Of a DNA stretch of 64,000 bases, positions 19,401 through 28,287 are shown piece by piece; the stretch's first letter is position 1, and each line of letters begins with the position of its first letter. A program made the position numbers and the translations under genes. Source of the DNA: Patescibacteria group bacterium. GTDB lineage: Bacteria > Patescibacteriota > Microgenomatia > UBA1400 > PJMF01. The stretch spans positions 456,539 through 520,538 of the forward strand of contig BOKX01000001.1 of assembly GCA_016861205.1 (NCBI GenBank), in the 5' to 3' direction. Under the pieces are notes generated by a model. The model saw only the letters and a list, made by a program, of their open reading frames with translations. It was not told where the DNA came from and ran no database searches.

Positions 19401-19571
19401 CAAAATGTGAGCCATACGCATAGTAATAACTTGCGTTTTACCAGTGCCCGGCCCAGCAATTACTAAAAGCGGTCCTTCAATACTTTCCACAGCCTGACGT
19501 TGGCGCTGGTTGAGTTGCGCCAAAGCTGTGGTATATATTACATTTTTAGAACCCATAATAGTTGTTGACAT
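16485..19571 (-). CDS. UvrD/PcrA-family SF1 DNA helicase fused to a C-terminal PD-(D/E)xK (RecB/AddA-type) nuclease domain
   Basis: Walker A is AGPGTGKTQV and helicase motif II is VLVDEYQDTN, followed by a roughly 300-aa C-terminal region with a nuclease-like D...E.K pattern (VIDYKTG). Total length is 1028 aa. Confidence 0.85.
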   Translation of the reverse strand: MSTTIMGSKNVIYTTALAQLNQRQRQAVESIEGPLLVIAGPGTGKTQVITMRMAHILQQTDTPPEAILALTFTESAAATMRRRLVNLVGAVGYRVSIQTFHALANEILMMHPDIFGLTQSAQPLSDVDRLLLIKRLVHRLPLSALRPLNAPDLYVSKLGSAISQLKKEAITVAEWREQVAAETADLEDQASELTKAKLLAGQKQVAKWQELAAVYEAYEQELQQAGHYDYDDMITRVNQALQTNDELRAEYQEKYLYVLVDEYQDTNAAQNELVSHLASFWGEQANICVVGDPDQSIYRFQGASIENMLAFRSQYPAAEIIVLETGYRCPQLMYDAAAGLIHHNQLRAGTITQMADQALQTVSPMAGIVAVAELPTAELEAEFIADQVAARIKSGVKPDEIAVLFRQNKEVDSLVPAFQARSIPVTIQGGQNILLEPAIQDLVAWWQTLHRLQQGIDDYALFQLLIKPWWGIPVGSVIQVAQAAKVSRLSLWSLLTQDFQLLDKYQTPPGLTQLEFYQLQQVAERWQTWLQRETQVPINRWIWEVLTESGWLTWIKTQPNWPLLAASLAALQREITAWTLVQPQLQLAGVIARLELYTQYRIPIEIESDEHTVGKVTLSTAHKAKGREWQTVFVSGCIDGRWGNTSRRELLPLPAGLIKHADITEKDRNEDERRLMYVAVTRAQHELILTLPAQSTQGSQLKATLPSEFLTELKSWSQPWDQAELDRWVASQTTEPAGWRQPPTSPLAWIDQKHLFDRSIASFAWSASALNTYLRSPDDFVFQYLLRLQEPPSATLAFGSAVHQSLERFFKARLRDEQPTLNQVLQWFTAALEAEPLTTDELQARLTQGRNVLTQYFESKLQNDLPLVWLIERRFGSGSQRVRLDDVPLTGRIDRIDWLDPKEKLVRVIDYKTGNPRTLGELTASTQSSQAELSEREQQLPPALQGGYKRQLLFYKLLTQLDKTFDATVVDGCFEFVQADKTSGKLITRTLELPDEEVALLADLLREVAAELTSGAFFESWSPNQTQE

Positions 19572-19713
19572 GGTCAGCTAGATCAGGTAGCCTGAGATTT
19601 AGTACAACCGTAGTGTAACTCAGTTAGGATGAACTCGATAGGGAGTATTTTTCTCTTGTAGAGCGATACACTTTCCACCCAAATTTTGTCAGACTGATCG
19701 GCAAAAATAGTGT

Positions 19714-19742
19714 TTGATTTTACCTGGTTACATGGTAAAATC
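19714..19742 (+). promoter_or_regulatory. putative sigma70-type promoter of the giant glycosyltransferase gene, embedded in a 9-bp inverted repeat
   Basis: TTGATT, a 16-nt spacer, then TAAAAT. The inverted repeat GATTTTACC / GGTAAAATC (19716-19724 and 19734-19742) overlaps both elements. Confidence 0.35.
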
Positions 19743-19781
19743 ACTCGTCTATTCGTTATAGGACTTAATTAGTTAGATTAA

Positions 19782-22700
19782 TTGAATACATCGCATTATA
19801 TTTCAACTGTGTCAGCCGGAACTTCCCCCCCACGAGCATTTCCCAAAATCGACATCATTATCCCGGTCAAGAATGAGGCGGCTAATTTGTCACCGCTGAT
19901 GGCGCGATTAGACACCAGTTTGCGAACAGCTCATATCAAGTATCAAGCCATCATTGTTGATGATCACTCCACCGATGATACTCGAGTAATTGCCAAAAAA
20001 TTAGCTCAAAAGTACCCGATAAAAGTCCTCACTAAAAAAGGCAAACCTGGAAAAGCCTACTCCATTCTCGAGGGAGCGAAAGCCGCTACCAGTGAGTGGC
20101 TAGTCATGATCGATGGTGACTTGCAGTACCCACCGGAAGCCATTCCTGACATGGTAAAACTGATTGACCAACACGGAGTGGTTGTCGCCCGTCGAATCAG
20201 TTATGAGGGCTCGCGACTCCGTCGACTTGGCAGCCGAGCAGTGGCTTGGTTCACCGGTCAGTTTCTACATGGAATTAAGGTCGACGTTCAATCAGGTCTG
20301 AAAATCTTTAAAAAAGATTTCTTGAATTACTTACCTGAAAATGAAGTGACCCCTTGGGCACTAGACCTGCCACTCTTACATGCAGCCCTAGAACTGGGTT
20401 ACACCTTGGGTGAAGTCGAGATTACTTTTGAAAAACGGATTCACGGTAGCTCGAAACTTAGCTTGCTAAAACCAACTTTCGAAATCGGCATGGCCGCTGT
20501 AAAACTTAAACTACGGTCAAGTCAACCGATCCCCATCCCGGCCCACAGTCACCAAAACATGATTGGTGCGGGATTAATTCACCGTCGACGCCAGTTTATT
20601 ACCCACAGCACACTTCACCACCGTCAAACCGCGCTCCACACTATTACTCGTAATCAACGCCGCTTGATTTTAGCAATTTTGGCCTCAGTGGCTGTTGGGA
20701 TCTTTTTGAATCCATTGGAAACGGCGATCGTGGTCGTAGCGTTTCTGAGTTTTGTGTACTTTGTAGATGTGATTTTCAACTTTTTCTTGATCCTGAAGAG
20801 CTTACACTCTCCACCAGAACTGGAGTTCTCAACAACTGAAATCAGCGAACTAAACGATAAAGACCTACCGATTTACACCATTCTTTGTCCGCTCTACAAA
20901 GAGGCTCACATTTTGCCTGGCTTCGTAGCAGCAATGGAGAAGCTTGACTGGCCAAAACACAAGCTCGACGTCATCCTGCTGTTTGAAGAAGACGACCTAG
21001 AAACGATCGAAACCGTTAAAACCATGAAGCTGCCCAAGCATTTCCGAGTTGCCATCGTGCCTGATTCACAACCCAAGACCAAACCGAAAGCGTGTAACTA
21101 TGGTCTCAACTTAGCAAAGGGTGAGTATGTCGTCATCTATGACGCTGAGGATATTCCTGAACCAGCTCAGCTCAAAAAAGCCTATCTAGGTTTTCAAACC
21201 GTTGGTCCAAAAGTGAAGTGTCTACAAGCTAAACTCAATTACTACAATCCAAACCAAAACTGGCTAACACGCTTTTTCACGGCTGAGTATTCACTCTGGT
21301 TTGATGTGATTCTGACTGGCTTGCAATCTATTGAGACTAACATTCCTTTAGGTGGCACCAGTAATCACTTCCGGACCACTGATTTACTCGCCCTCCAAGG
21401 TTGGGATCCATTCAACGTTACTGAAGACTGTGATCTCGGTATTCGTTTGTTCAAGGCAGGCAACAAAACGGCGATCATCGACTCAACCACATTGGAAGAA
21501 GCGAATAGCAACTTCAAAAACTGGATTCGCCAACGCTCCCGCTGGATTAAAGGGTACATGCAAACCTACTTAATCCACATGCGTCAGCCACAAGAGTTTG
21601 TGCGTACTCAGGGTTGGCACGCCCTCTTATTCCAGCTAACCATTGGTGGCAAACTCGCCTTCATTTTGATCAACCCCCTTCTGTGGGTCTTGACCATTTC
21701 TTACTTTGCGCTCTATGCCTATGTTGGGCCAACAATCGAGGCACTATACCCCAGCGTTGTGTTCTACATGGCTGTCACTTCACTTATTTTTGGTAACTTC
21801 ATGTTTATTTACTACTACATGATCGGCTGTGCCAAGCGAGAACACTGGGGCCTTATTAAGTGGGTATACCTAATTCCTTTCTACTGGCTGATGGTAAGTA
21901 TTGCCGGCGCCATCGCTTTGTATCAGTTGATTGTCAAACCACATTACTGGGAAAAAACGGTGCACGGGTTGCATTTGAAGAAAGCGAGTCTCGCCAAAAA
22001 AGCGAGTAAAGTTGCCAAAAAAACTACCCATCAGGTCATGGTTGAAGCCATCGCACAAGAGAAGCCAAGTATCACTGGTCGGCTGCACATTTTTGGATAC
22101 TCTGATTTCAAAAACAAGTGGCTGGAACGTTTAGAACTGAAGCATAAGTACGTTTCGTTAAAACGACTTGTTCACCAACTCTTGTTTGGCGAGTATCGGG
22201 GTGGTTTGTGGTTAGTGTTAGCTACTGTCATTGCGAACTTCCTCAATATGTTGACGAGCTTTTATCTCGGTCATGAACTAGAGTTTTCTGACTTTGCATT
22301 GATCAATACCTTTATAAGCTTACTCTATCTCTTGGGCATTTTAACAAGTTCACTCTCGGCGACTGTTAACCATCGCGCAGCGTTACTGCTCGGTAAGTTT
22401 AAGCAAAAAAGTGCACGTAACTTTTGGACACACGTTCAAAAAAGAGCAGTTATTGTGGCTATCTTGATGTCTCTTTTGTGGTTGGTGAACATTCCTTGGT
22501 TGACTAACTTCTTTAACATGAGTACCCCATTACCTCTCATCATTTTTACACCACTGATCTTCAGTGGTCTGCTAGGAGCAGTGAATGAGGGATACCTTCG
22601 TGGTCGTCTGCTGTTTGAAGTTTTGGCTATCACCACTTTGATCGACCCAATTGTCCGCTTGGGTCTCAGCTTGCTATTCGATGCGGTAAACCTGGAATAC

Positions 22701-24647
22701 TATATGTATGTACCCGTGATGATCTCCGCAATCACGGCTACAGTAATTGGTGGTTGGTACGCAGCCAAAGGCGACACTGGCGTTAAAATCATTAAAGAGT
22801 TTCGATTATCACTCCCATTCTTTAACACTGCGTTGATTTCCAAGTTATCTGCTATCGCGTTTTTTAGTCTCGACAACGTCATTGTGGCTCATTACCTCTC
22901 AACGGAAGAAACAGGTATGTATGGACTGCTGGGTTTGATCGGTAAAATGATTTTCTTTGCCGGGAGTTTGACGGTCGGATTTATTCTGCCGCTAGTTTCG
23001 CATAAAGAAGGTCAACATCAAAAAAGTGAAGCTGTCTTCCACAAACTGCTCCTCTTAACAGTCAGTTTAAGTTCTCTAGCATACATTGCGCTGGGCTTAG
23101 TCTTGCCGTCGATAGCTCCTTACTTCTTTGGCTTAAAACTGAATGCGATTAGAGGCTATCTGCCACTGTATGCACTTGGTATTTTGCTCTACACCATCTC
23201 CCAAACAGTTGTTCAATATCGGCTGGCAAAGCGATCTTACTTTTTCTCCATCGCCTCGTTTTTAGTAGCTATTATTCAGGTGGCAGGCTTGACCATTTAT
23301 CACAACTCACTGACTCAAATAGTGAATGTAATGTTTGTGAGTGGTTTACTCAATGCAGTTGTCCTATTTTCCTTGCATCACTGGTACCACAAAATTGAAG
23401 CCCCATTAAGTAATGTACGAGATTTTCTGGACTTATTTAATCCCATCCCACGTTTGACTCGACCTTTAGAGACCAAGGATCACTACCGGATTTTGATCCT
23501 TAACTGGCGAGATACCAAACATGCTTGGGCTGGCGGAGCCGAAAAGTACATCCACGAAGTCGCTACCCGGTTGGCCGCTGCTGGGCATAAAGTAACAATG
23601 TTTACGGGAAATGATGGCCATCATCCCCGCAACGAGGTTGTTGATGGTGTTCAAGTGGTCCGTCGTGGTGGTTTTTACACCGTGTACATTTGGGCATTCC
23701 TGTACTATGTCCTCCGGTTTAGACCATATGTTGACATCGTGATTGACTGTGAAAACGGCATCCCATTTCTCACACCCTTATATGTTCGCAAACCCATCTT
23801 GTTGCTGATTCATCACATTCACCAAGAAGTCTTTATGACTCACCTGCGGTTTCCTTTTTCCGAAATCGCCGCCCTGATTGAAAGTGACCTGATGCCATTT
23901 TTGTATAAGCACAAAACGCTGATCACGGTTTCCGAATCATCGAAAGATGAAATGATTGGGTTGGGACTAGGTAATACTCAAACGGTTAAGGTCGTTAACC
24001 CTGGCATCGACACCCACCTTTTCACTAAAAAACGAAAGACCAGCCAGCCATCGCTAGTGTACCTGGGCCGGCTGAAACCATACAAACAAATTGATGTGGC
24101 CATAAAAGCCTTTGCCAAAGTCATAGCTGATCATCCGACAGCCACGTTCACGATCGCTGGAAGTGGTGAGTCACTGGAATCACTTCAGCAACTCTGCCAA
24201 AAACTAGGCTTAACATCCCACGTGACGTTCAAACCCTCGGTAACTGACGAAGAAAAAGCCAAACTATTTGCTGAAAGTTGGGTGGCAGTGCAGCCATCAA
24301 CAATTGAAGGTTGGGGCATTACTGTCATTGAGGCAAATGCGGCAGGAACACCAGTAGTTGCATCTAATGTTAAGGGTCTTCGCGACTCTGTAGTTGATGG
24401 CAAAACAGGCATCCTGGTCAAAGCTGGGCAAGTCAGTGAGTTTGCTGCAGCAATCAACAAACTGTTTAGCAATACAAAATTCAGAGCATCACTGTCTCGT
24501 GAAGCCGTGAACTGGGCCAAACACTTTGATTGGAATGTTAGTTACAATAATTTTAATCACATACTCGATGAAACAATTCAGAAGCATCAAACCCATCACA
24601 ATAACGCCTATTCTAAGGAGGTCTATGACCAAAAAATCACTCGCTGA
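19782..24647 (+). CDS. 1621-aa multidomain polysaccharide synthase with four fused modules: a DPM1-like GT2, a processive-type GT2 with QxxRW, a Wzx/MOP-like flippase domain, and a GT4
   Basis: Residues about 20-230 form a GT2 domain (DIIIPVKNE...IIVDDHSTDDT...DGD). About 350-700 form a second GT2 (DAED, QRSRWIKG = Q(Q/R)xRW) with trailing TM helices. About 720-1180 form roughly 12 TM helices resembling polysaccharide-biosynthesis/Wzx flippases. About 1190-1610 form a GT4 domain (EGWGITVIEANAAGTPVVAS, E-x7-E motif). The start is TTG at 19782 or a downstream GTG. Confidence 0.7.
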   Translation: MNTSHYISTVSAGTSPPRAFPKIDIIIPVKNEAANLSPLMARLDTSLRTAHIKYQAIIVDDHSTDDTRVIAKKLAQKYPIKVLTKKGKPGKAYSILEGAKAATSEWLVMIDGDLQYPPEAIPDMVKLIDQHGVVVARRISYEGSRLRRLGSRAVAWFTGQFLHGIKVDVQSGLKIFKKDFLNYLPENEVTPWALDLPLLHAALELGYTLGEVEITFEKRIHGSSKLSLLKPTFEIGMAAVKLKLRSSQPIPIPAHSHQNMIGAGLIHRRRQFITHSTLHHRQTALHTITRNQRRLILAILASVAVGIFLNPLETAIVVVAFLSFVYFVDVIFNFFLILKSLHSPPELEFSTTEISELNDKDLPIYTILCPLYKEAHILPGFVAAMEKLDWPKHKLDVILLFEEDDLETIETVKTMKLPKHFRVAIVPDSQPKTKPKACNYGLNLAKGEYVVIYDAEDIPEPAQLKKAYLGFQTVGPKVKCLQAKLNYYNPNQNWLTRFFTAEYSLWFDVILTGLQSIETNIPLGGTSNHFRTTDLLALQGWDPFNVTEDCDLGIRLFKAGNKTAIIDSTTLEEANSNFKNWIRQRSRWIKGYMQTYLIHMRQPQEFVRTQGWHALLFQLTIGGKLAFILINPLLWVLTISYFALYAYVGPTIEALYPSVVFYMAVTSLIFGNFMFIYYYMIGCAKREHWGLIKWVYLIPFYWLMVSIAGAIALYQLIVKPHYWEKTVHGLHLKKASLAKKASKVAKKTTHQVMVEAIAQEKPSITGRLHIFGYSDFKNKWLERLELKHKYVSLKRLVHQLLFGEYRGGLWLVLATVIANFLNMLTSFYLGHELEFSDFALINTFISLLYLLGILTSSLSATVNHRAALLLGKFKQKSARNFWTHVQKRAVIVAILMSLLWLVNIPWLTNFFNMSTPLPLIIFTPLIFSGLLGAVNEGYLRGRLLFEVLAITTLIDPIVRLGLSLLFDAVNLEYYMYVPVMISAITATVIGGWYAAKGDTGVKIIKEFRLSLPFFNTALISKLSAIAFFSLDNVIVAHYLSTEETGMYGLLGLIGKMIFFAGSLTVGFILPLVSHKEGQHQKSEAVFHKLLLLTVSLSSLAYIALGLVLPSIAPYFFGLKLNAIRGYLPLYALGILLYTISQTVVQYRLAKRSYFFSIASFLVAIIQVAGLTIYHNSLTQIVNVMFVSGLLNAVVLFSLHHWYHKIEAPLSNVRDFLDLFNPIPRLTRPLETKDHYRILILNWRDTKHAWAGGAEKYIHEVATRLAAAGHKVTMFTGNDGHHPRNEVVDGVQVVRRGGFYTVYIWAFLYYVLRFRPYVDIVIDCENGIPFLTPLYVRKPILLLIHHIHQEVFMTHLRFPFSEIAALIESDLMPFLYKHKTLITVSESSKDEMIGLGLGNTQTVKVVNPGIDTHLFTKKRKTSQPSLVYLGRLKPYKQIDVAIKAFAKVIADHPTATFTIAGSGESLESLQQLCQKLGLTSHVTFKPSVTDEEKAKLFAESWVAVQPSTIEGWGITVIEANAAGTPVVASNVKGLRDSVVDGKTGILVKAGQVSEFAAAINKLFSNTKFRASLSREAVNWAKHFDWNVSYNNFNHILDETIQKHQTHHNNAYSKEVYDQKITR

Positions 24648-25350
24648 ACAAGCCAAAGATTTAGCAATCAAAATAGTGAGCCAACTTAGAGCTCCTATCA
24701 TGCGGGCAGTTAAACCAAACTCAAAGTATTGGCTTGCGACCCGATCACTGGAGCCACTCAGTATGAAGTTTGGCTTTGATCGGGGAACCCCAATTGACCG
24801 ATTTTGGATGAATGACTTTTTGACCAAAAATCAGAGCTTGATCAAAGGTCACTGCTTAGAAGTGACTGATGATGCATATCTCGTTCAGTACGGGGGTAAA
24901 AAGGTCACCAAAACGGATGTGCTTGACATCGACCGAAAAAATAAAAAAGCCACTATTTATGGTGACATCCAAAACTTAGACATGATCAAAGATGATACTT
25001 ACGACTGTATCATCCTCACTAATGTCTTGGGTATTATCCCAGACTACGAAGCCGCTGTCCGCGAGTGCCACCGCATTTTAAAACCAGGCGGAACTTTGCT
25101 GTTAACTGTCTCGTCGTTCAGTCCGACCCGTGACTTGGAGGCAAACTTGTGGCGCTTTACGGTCACCTCGGCCAAGTTTGTTTTTGGCAAGTATTTTTCA
25201 CCCAAAAAACTGGATATCCAGTCATATGGCAACGTCTTAACAGGGCAGTGTTTCTGGGTAGGAATGTCACAAGAAGAACTCACTCTTGAAGAGTTGTCGT
25301 ACCAAGATCCACGCTTCTCATGTTTGGTGGCGGTGAAGGCCACAAAGTAA
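24625..25350 (+). CDS. class I SAM-dependent methyltransferase-like protein (motif I degenerate)
   Basis: AAGGAGG lies 5 nt upstream of the ATG at 24625, which overlaps the upstream stop. Post-I, II and III motifs are present (DCIILTNVL, LKPGGTLLL) but the GxGxG motif is not obvious. Confidence 0.5.
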   Translation: MTKKSLAEQAKDLAIKIVSQLRAPIMRAVKPNSKYWLATRSLEPLSMKFGFDRGTPIDRFWMNDFLTKNQSLIKGHCLEVTDDAYLVQYGGKKVTKTDVLDIDRKNKKATIYGDIQNLDMIKDDTYDCIILTNVLGIIPDYEAAVRECHRILKPGGTLLLTVSSFSPTRDLEANLWRFTVTSAKFVFGKYFSPKKLDIQSYGNVLTGQCFWVGMSQEELTLEELSYQDPRFSCLVAVKATK

Positions 25351-25354
25351 AACT

Positions 25355-26278
25355 ATGTCTCGTGCTACTTGCCAGCCCACTATCTCAATCGGTATCCCTG
25401 CTTTTAACGAAGCTGCAAATATTAAGCAGTTGGTAGTAAGTTTGTTACGACAAAAGCAATCCGGTTTTACTGTGACCGAGATCATTGTGGCTTCAGATGG
25501 TAGTACTGATCAGACCGTTTCGATTTTAAAGAGTTTAAATGAGCCGAAAGTGGTGATTTTGGATAACAAAGATCGCAAAGGACAGGCGGCTCGTCAAAAT
25601 CAAATTCTCAAAAAAGTTTCCAGTGATGTGCTGGTGTTGATTAATGCCGATGTAGTCATCGATGATCCAAACTTTTTAACATGCATCGCGGAACCAATTT
25701 TGACTGCAAACGCAGATCTCGTTTCAACCTCGATTAGTACAGTTCCAAGCGAGACGTTCGTGGGTCAAACTCTTAACTACAGTTTAGAAATGAAGAACCG
25801 CGCCTTTGAAAGTTACCAGCATGGTCAAAATATCTATACCTGTCATGGTGCGGCAAGAGCCTTTTCCCGCAAACTGTATCGACACTTTGAGTTTCAGGCT
25901 AGTGTCGGTGAAGATGCCTACTCATACCTGTACTGCGTGATCAACGATTACAAGTATGTTTTCACCTCTCGAACTGTAGTCAAAATTAAGTCACCAGTCA
26001 CAATCAAGGATCACCAACATCAAAGCGTTCGATTCTTTCAAACTGATCGCAAACTCAAACAGTACTTTGCGACAAACGTTCTCCAAAAAGCCTATCACCT
26101 GCCGCTGCAGTTTATGATTGCGTCCTACAGTAAGTTCTTATGGACTCATCCACTACATGCCGGCGCCTATGGGCTGATAGTCATGTTCATGAAGTTGCAG
26201 TCATATCGGCTGGACTTAACAAGTAACACCTGGGCAATTGCTCACAGTTCAAAAAATAAACTAACGCCAACTATTTAG
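25355..26278 (+). CDS. family-2 glycosyltransferase (DPM/DPG-synthase-like)
   Basis: ISIGIPAFNEAANI...IIVASDGSTDQT...DADV, a GT-A fold with the DxD motif. Confidence 0.75.
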   Translation: MSRATCQPTISIGIPAFNEAANIKQLVVSLLRQKQSGFTVTEIIVASDGSTDQTVSILKSLNEPKVVILDNKDRKGQAARQNQILKKVSSDVLVLINADVVIDDPNFLTCIAEPILTANADLVSTSISTVPSETFVGQTLNYSLEMKNRAFESYQHGQNIYTCHGAARAFSRKLYRHFEFQASVGEDAYSYLYCVINDYKYVFTSRTVVKIKSPVTIKDHQHQSVRFFQTDRKLKQYFATNVLQKAYHLPLQFMIASYSKFLWTHPLHAGAYGLIVMFMKLQSYRLDLTSNTWAIAHSSKNKLTPTI

Positions 26279-26279
26279 T

Positions 26280-27089
26280 ATGTCACTATTTTCATTCACT
26301 ACCAGCATTCGCAGGCGTATCTACCTAACTCTTGGTTGGTTTGATCGAATTGGTCATCGGAAAACCCCACTCGCAGTTCTTTGTTATCACAGTTTGAACA
26401 CTGATACCTGGCGATTCAGTATCGATGTGTCTGAGTTTGAAGCGCAAGTTACGTGGCTACAACAAGAGTTTGAGATCATTGATTTTAAAACGTTTCAGAA
26501 CTACTTAGCTGGGCGAGTTCAGCTGAGTCGACCATCTGTTTTGTTAACCTTTGATGATGGGTATCAAAACGTACTGACAGCGGTTCCATTTCTTGCCAAG
26601 CTAGGTATCAAACCTGTCATGTTTGTATTGGCTGAAACCAACCAGGCCAATCGACCAGAACTGGGTAGCTCTCTTCCGTTGATGACACCTGCGCACCTGA
26701 AACAACTCATCAAAAATGGTTGGGAAGTAGGGTGTCACAGCGCAACCCATGCCGATTTTTGGTCTTTGACACCACATGAGGTAGACCGTCAGGTACAACA
26801 AGCTAAAAAGCTACTTGAGAAACAGATCGGTCACCAAGTACGTGCTTTCGCCTATCCAAAAGGTCGTTACACACCAGCCATACTTTCAATGATGAAAAAA
26901 GCTTCTTTTTCATTTGGTTTCACCATGGACGACGGTGCTGTGAGTCCTGGACTCGATACAGTTCGGATTCCCAGAATTGGTGTTGACCGCACACACACGC
27001 TTAGCGAGTTTAAAACTCTAATGTCACCAAGCAATATTTGGTTCCGAAAGATTATTAAAAACTCACCGATAGGCAGATACATCCAATGA
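26280..27089 (+). CDS. polysaccharide deacetylase (NodB homology / CE4)
   Basis: LTFDDGY motif 1 and the HSATH His motif (GCHSATH). Confidence 0.8.
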   Translation: MSLFSFTTSIRRRIYLTLGWFDRIGHRKTPLAVLCYHSLNTDTWRFSIDVSEFEAQVTWLQQEFEIIDFKTFQNYLAGRVQLSRPSVLLTFDDGYQNVLTAVPFLAKLGIKPVMFVLAETNQANRPELGSSLPLMTPAHLKQLIKNGWEVGCHSATHADFWSLTPHEVDRQVQQAKKLLEKQIGHQVRAFAYPKGRYTPAILSMMKKASFSFGFTMDDGAVSPGLDTVRIPRIGVDRTHTLSEFKTLMSPSNIWFRKIIKNSPIGRYIQ

Positions 27090-28285
27090 AAAAGAACCTC
27101 GGCTCAATAGCTATCATTACCAAGTACTTTTGGCCTGTGGCGGCTGGAATTGAGACGAACATTTTAGAGACATATGCTTCACTGGTCAAAACCGGTTGGG
27201 ATGTAAGTGCGTACACTACCAAAAATAGTTTGACAGCTAGCAATGCACATCCCCAAGCTGAGGAAACAGTCCGAGGTATCAAAGTTCATCGAGTCACCTG
27301 GTTGCCATTGCTCGGATACTGGCCAAACATCAATCTCAACCAAACAGATCTGGTTTGTCTCCATAACTTTAACGTGGTACCTCACTTTTGGTTCATGGCT
27401 CTTACGGGTATTTTGAAAATGTTGGGCCGTAAAAAGTACGCTCTCATTTTGACCCCGCACGGCGGTTACAACCCTGAGTGGCGTATTTTCCGAGAACCTC
27501 AACGCTCAATCAAACAGTGGTATCACCGCGTCATCGGCACATTTATGATTAATGCTACAGTGGATGCGGTACGAGCAGTATCAGAATGGGAGAGACAAGA
27601 GATGATCGCTTCGGGACTCAAACCTGAACTCATCACTGTCATCCATAATGGGATAGAGAATCAAGCTTTCGCAGATAATGAAAAAGAAGTTTCCCCAGAA
27701 TTTAAAAAACGAGTGACACAGCTTGGTCGCTACTTGATTCAAATTGGCCGTATTCATACTATTAAAAATTACGAAACTACTATTAAAGCTTTAGCACAGT
27801 TACCCAAGGATATAAAATTTGTGATTGCCGGACCAGTTGGTGAGGAGTGGTACTTAGCTAAACTGCATCAGCTCATTAGTAAACACAATCTAGAAGGACG
27901 AGTCATTTTTTGGGGTGTTGTACGCGGAGCCGAAAAGTACTATCTCATTAAACACGCCCAGATGATGGTTCACATGGCGATGTGGGAAAGCTACTGCAAT
28001 GTAGTCCATGAAGGTATGAGCCAGGGTTTAGTGTGTTTAGTAGCCAACAACACCGCCTTACCATTGTTGATTAAAGACGGCGTGAACGGGTATTGCCTAC
28101 CGACTAAAAATGTCAAAACCTTGGTTGCCAAAATCAAGTATGTGCTTGATCCTAAACAGACGGCTGTCATGAAGAAAATTGGCCGGTACAATAAGACCCA
28201 CGTCACGGAGCACTCATGGGAAAACGTCGCCAAAAAAGTAAACGAGCTTTATCAAGAACAACTAATCAAGAGACGCGGCAAGTAA
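27086..28285 (+). CDS. family-4 (GT-B) glycosyltransferase
   Basis: The C-terminal domain has the E-x7-E-like signature (ESYCNVVHEGMSQGLVCLV) and the expected GT-B two-Rossmann organisation. Confidence 0.7.
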   Translation: MKKNLGSIAIITKYFWPVAAGIETNILETYASLVKTGWDVSAYTTKNSLTASNAHPQAEETVRGIKVHRVTWLPLLGYWPNINLNQTDLVCLHNFNVVPHFWFMALTGILKMLGRKKYALILTPHGGYNPEWRIFREPQRSIKQWYHRVIGTFMINATVDAVRAVSEWERQEMIASGLKPELITVIHNGIENQAFADNEKEVSPEFKKRVTQLGRYLIQIGRIHTIKNYETTIKALAQLPKDIKFVIAGPVGEEWYLAKLHQLISKHNLEGRVIFWGVVRGAEKYYLIKHAQMMVHMAMWESYCNVVHEGMSQGLVCLVANNTALPLLIKDGVNGYCLPTKNVKTLVAKIKYVLDPKQTAVMKKIGRYNKTHVTEHSWENVAKKVNELYQEQLIKRRGK

Positions 28286-28287
28286 GT

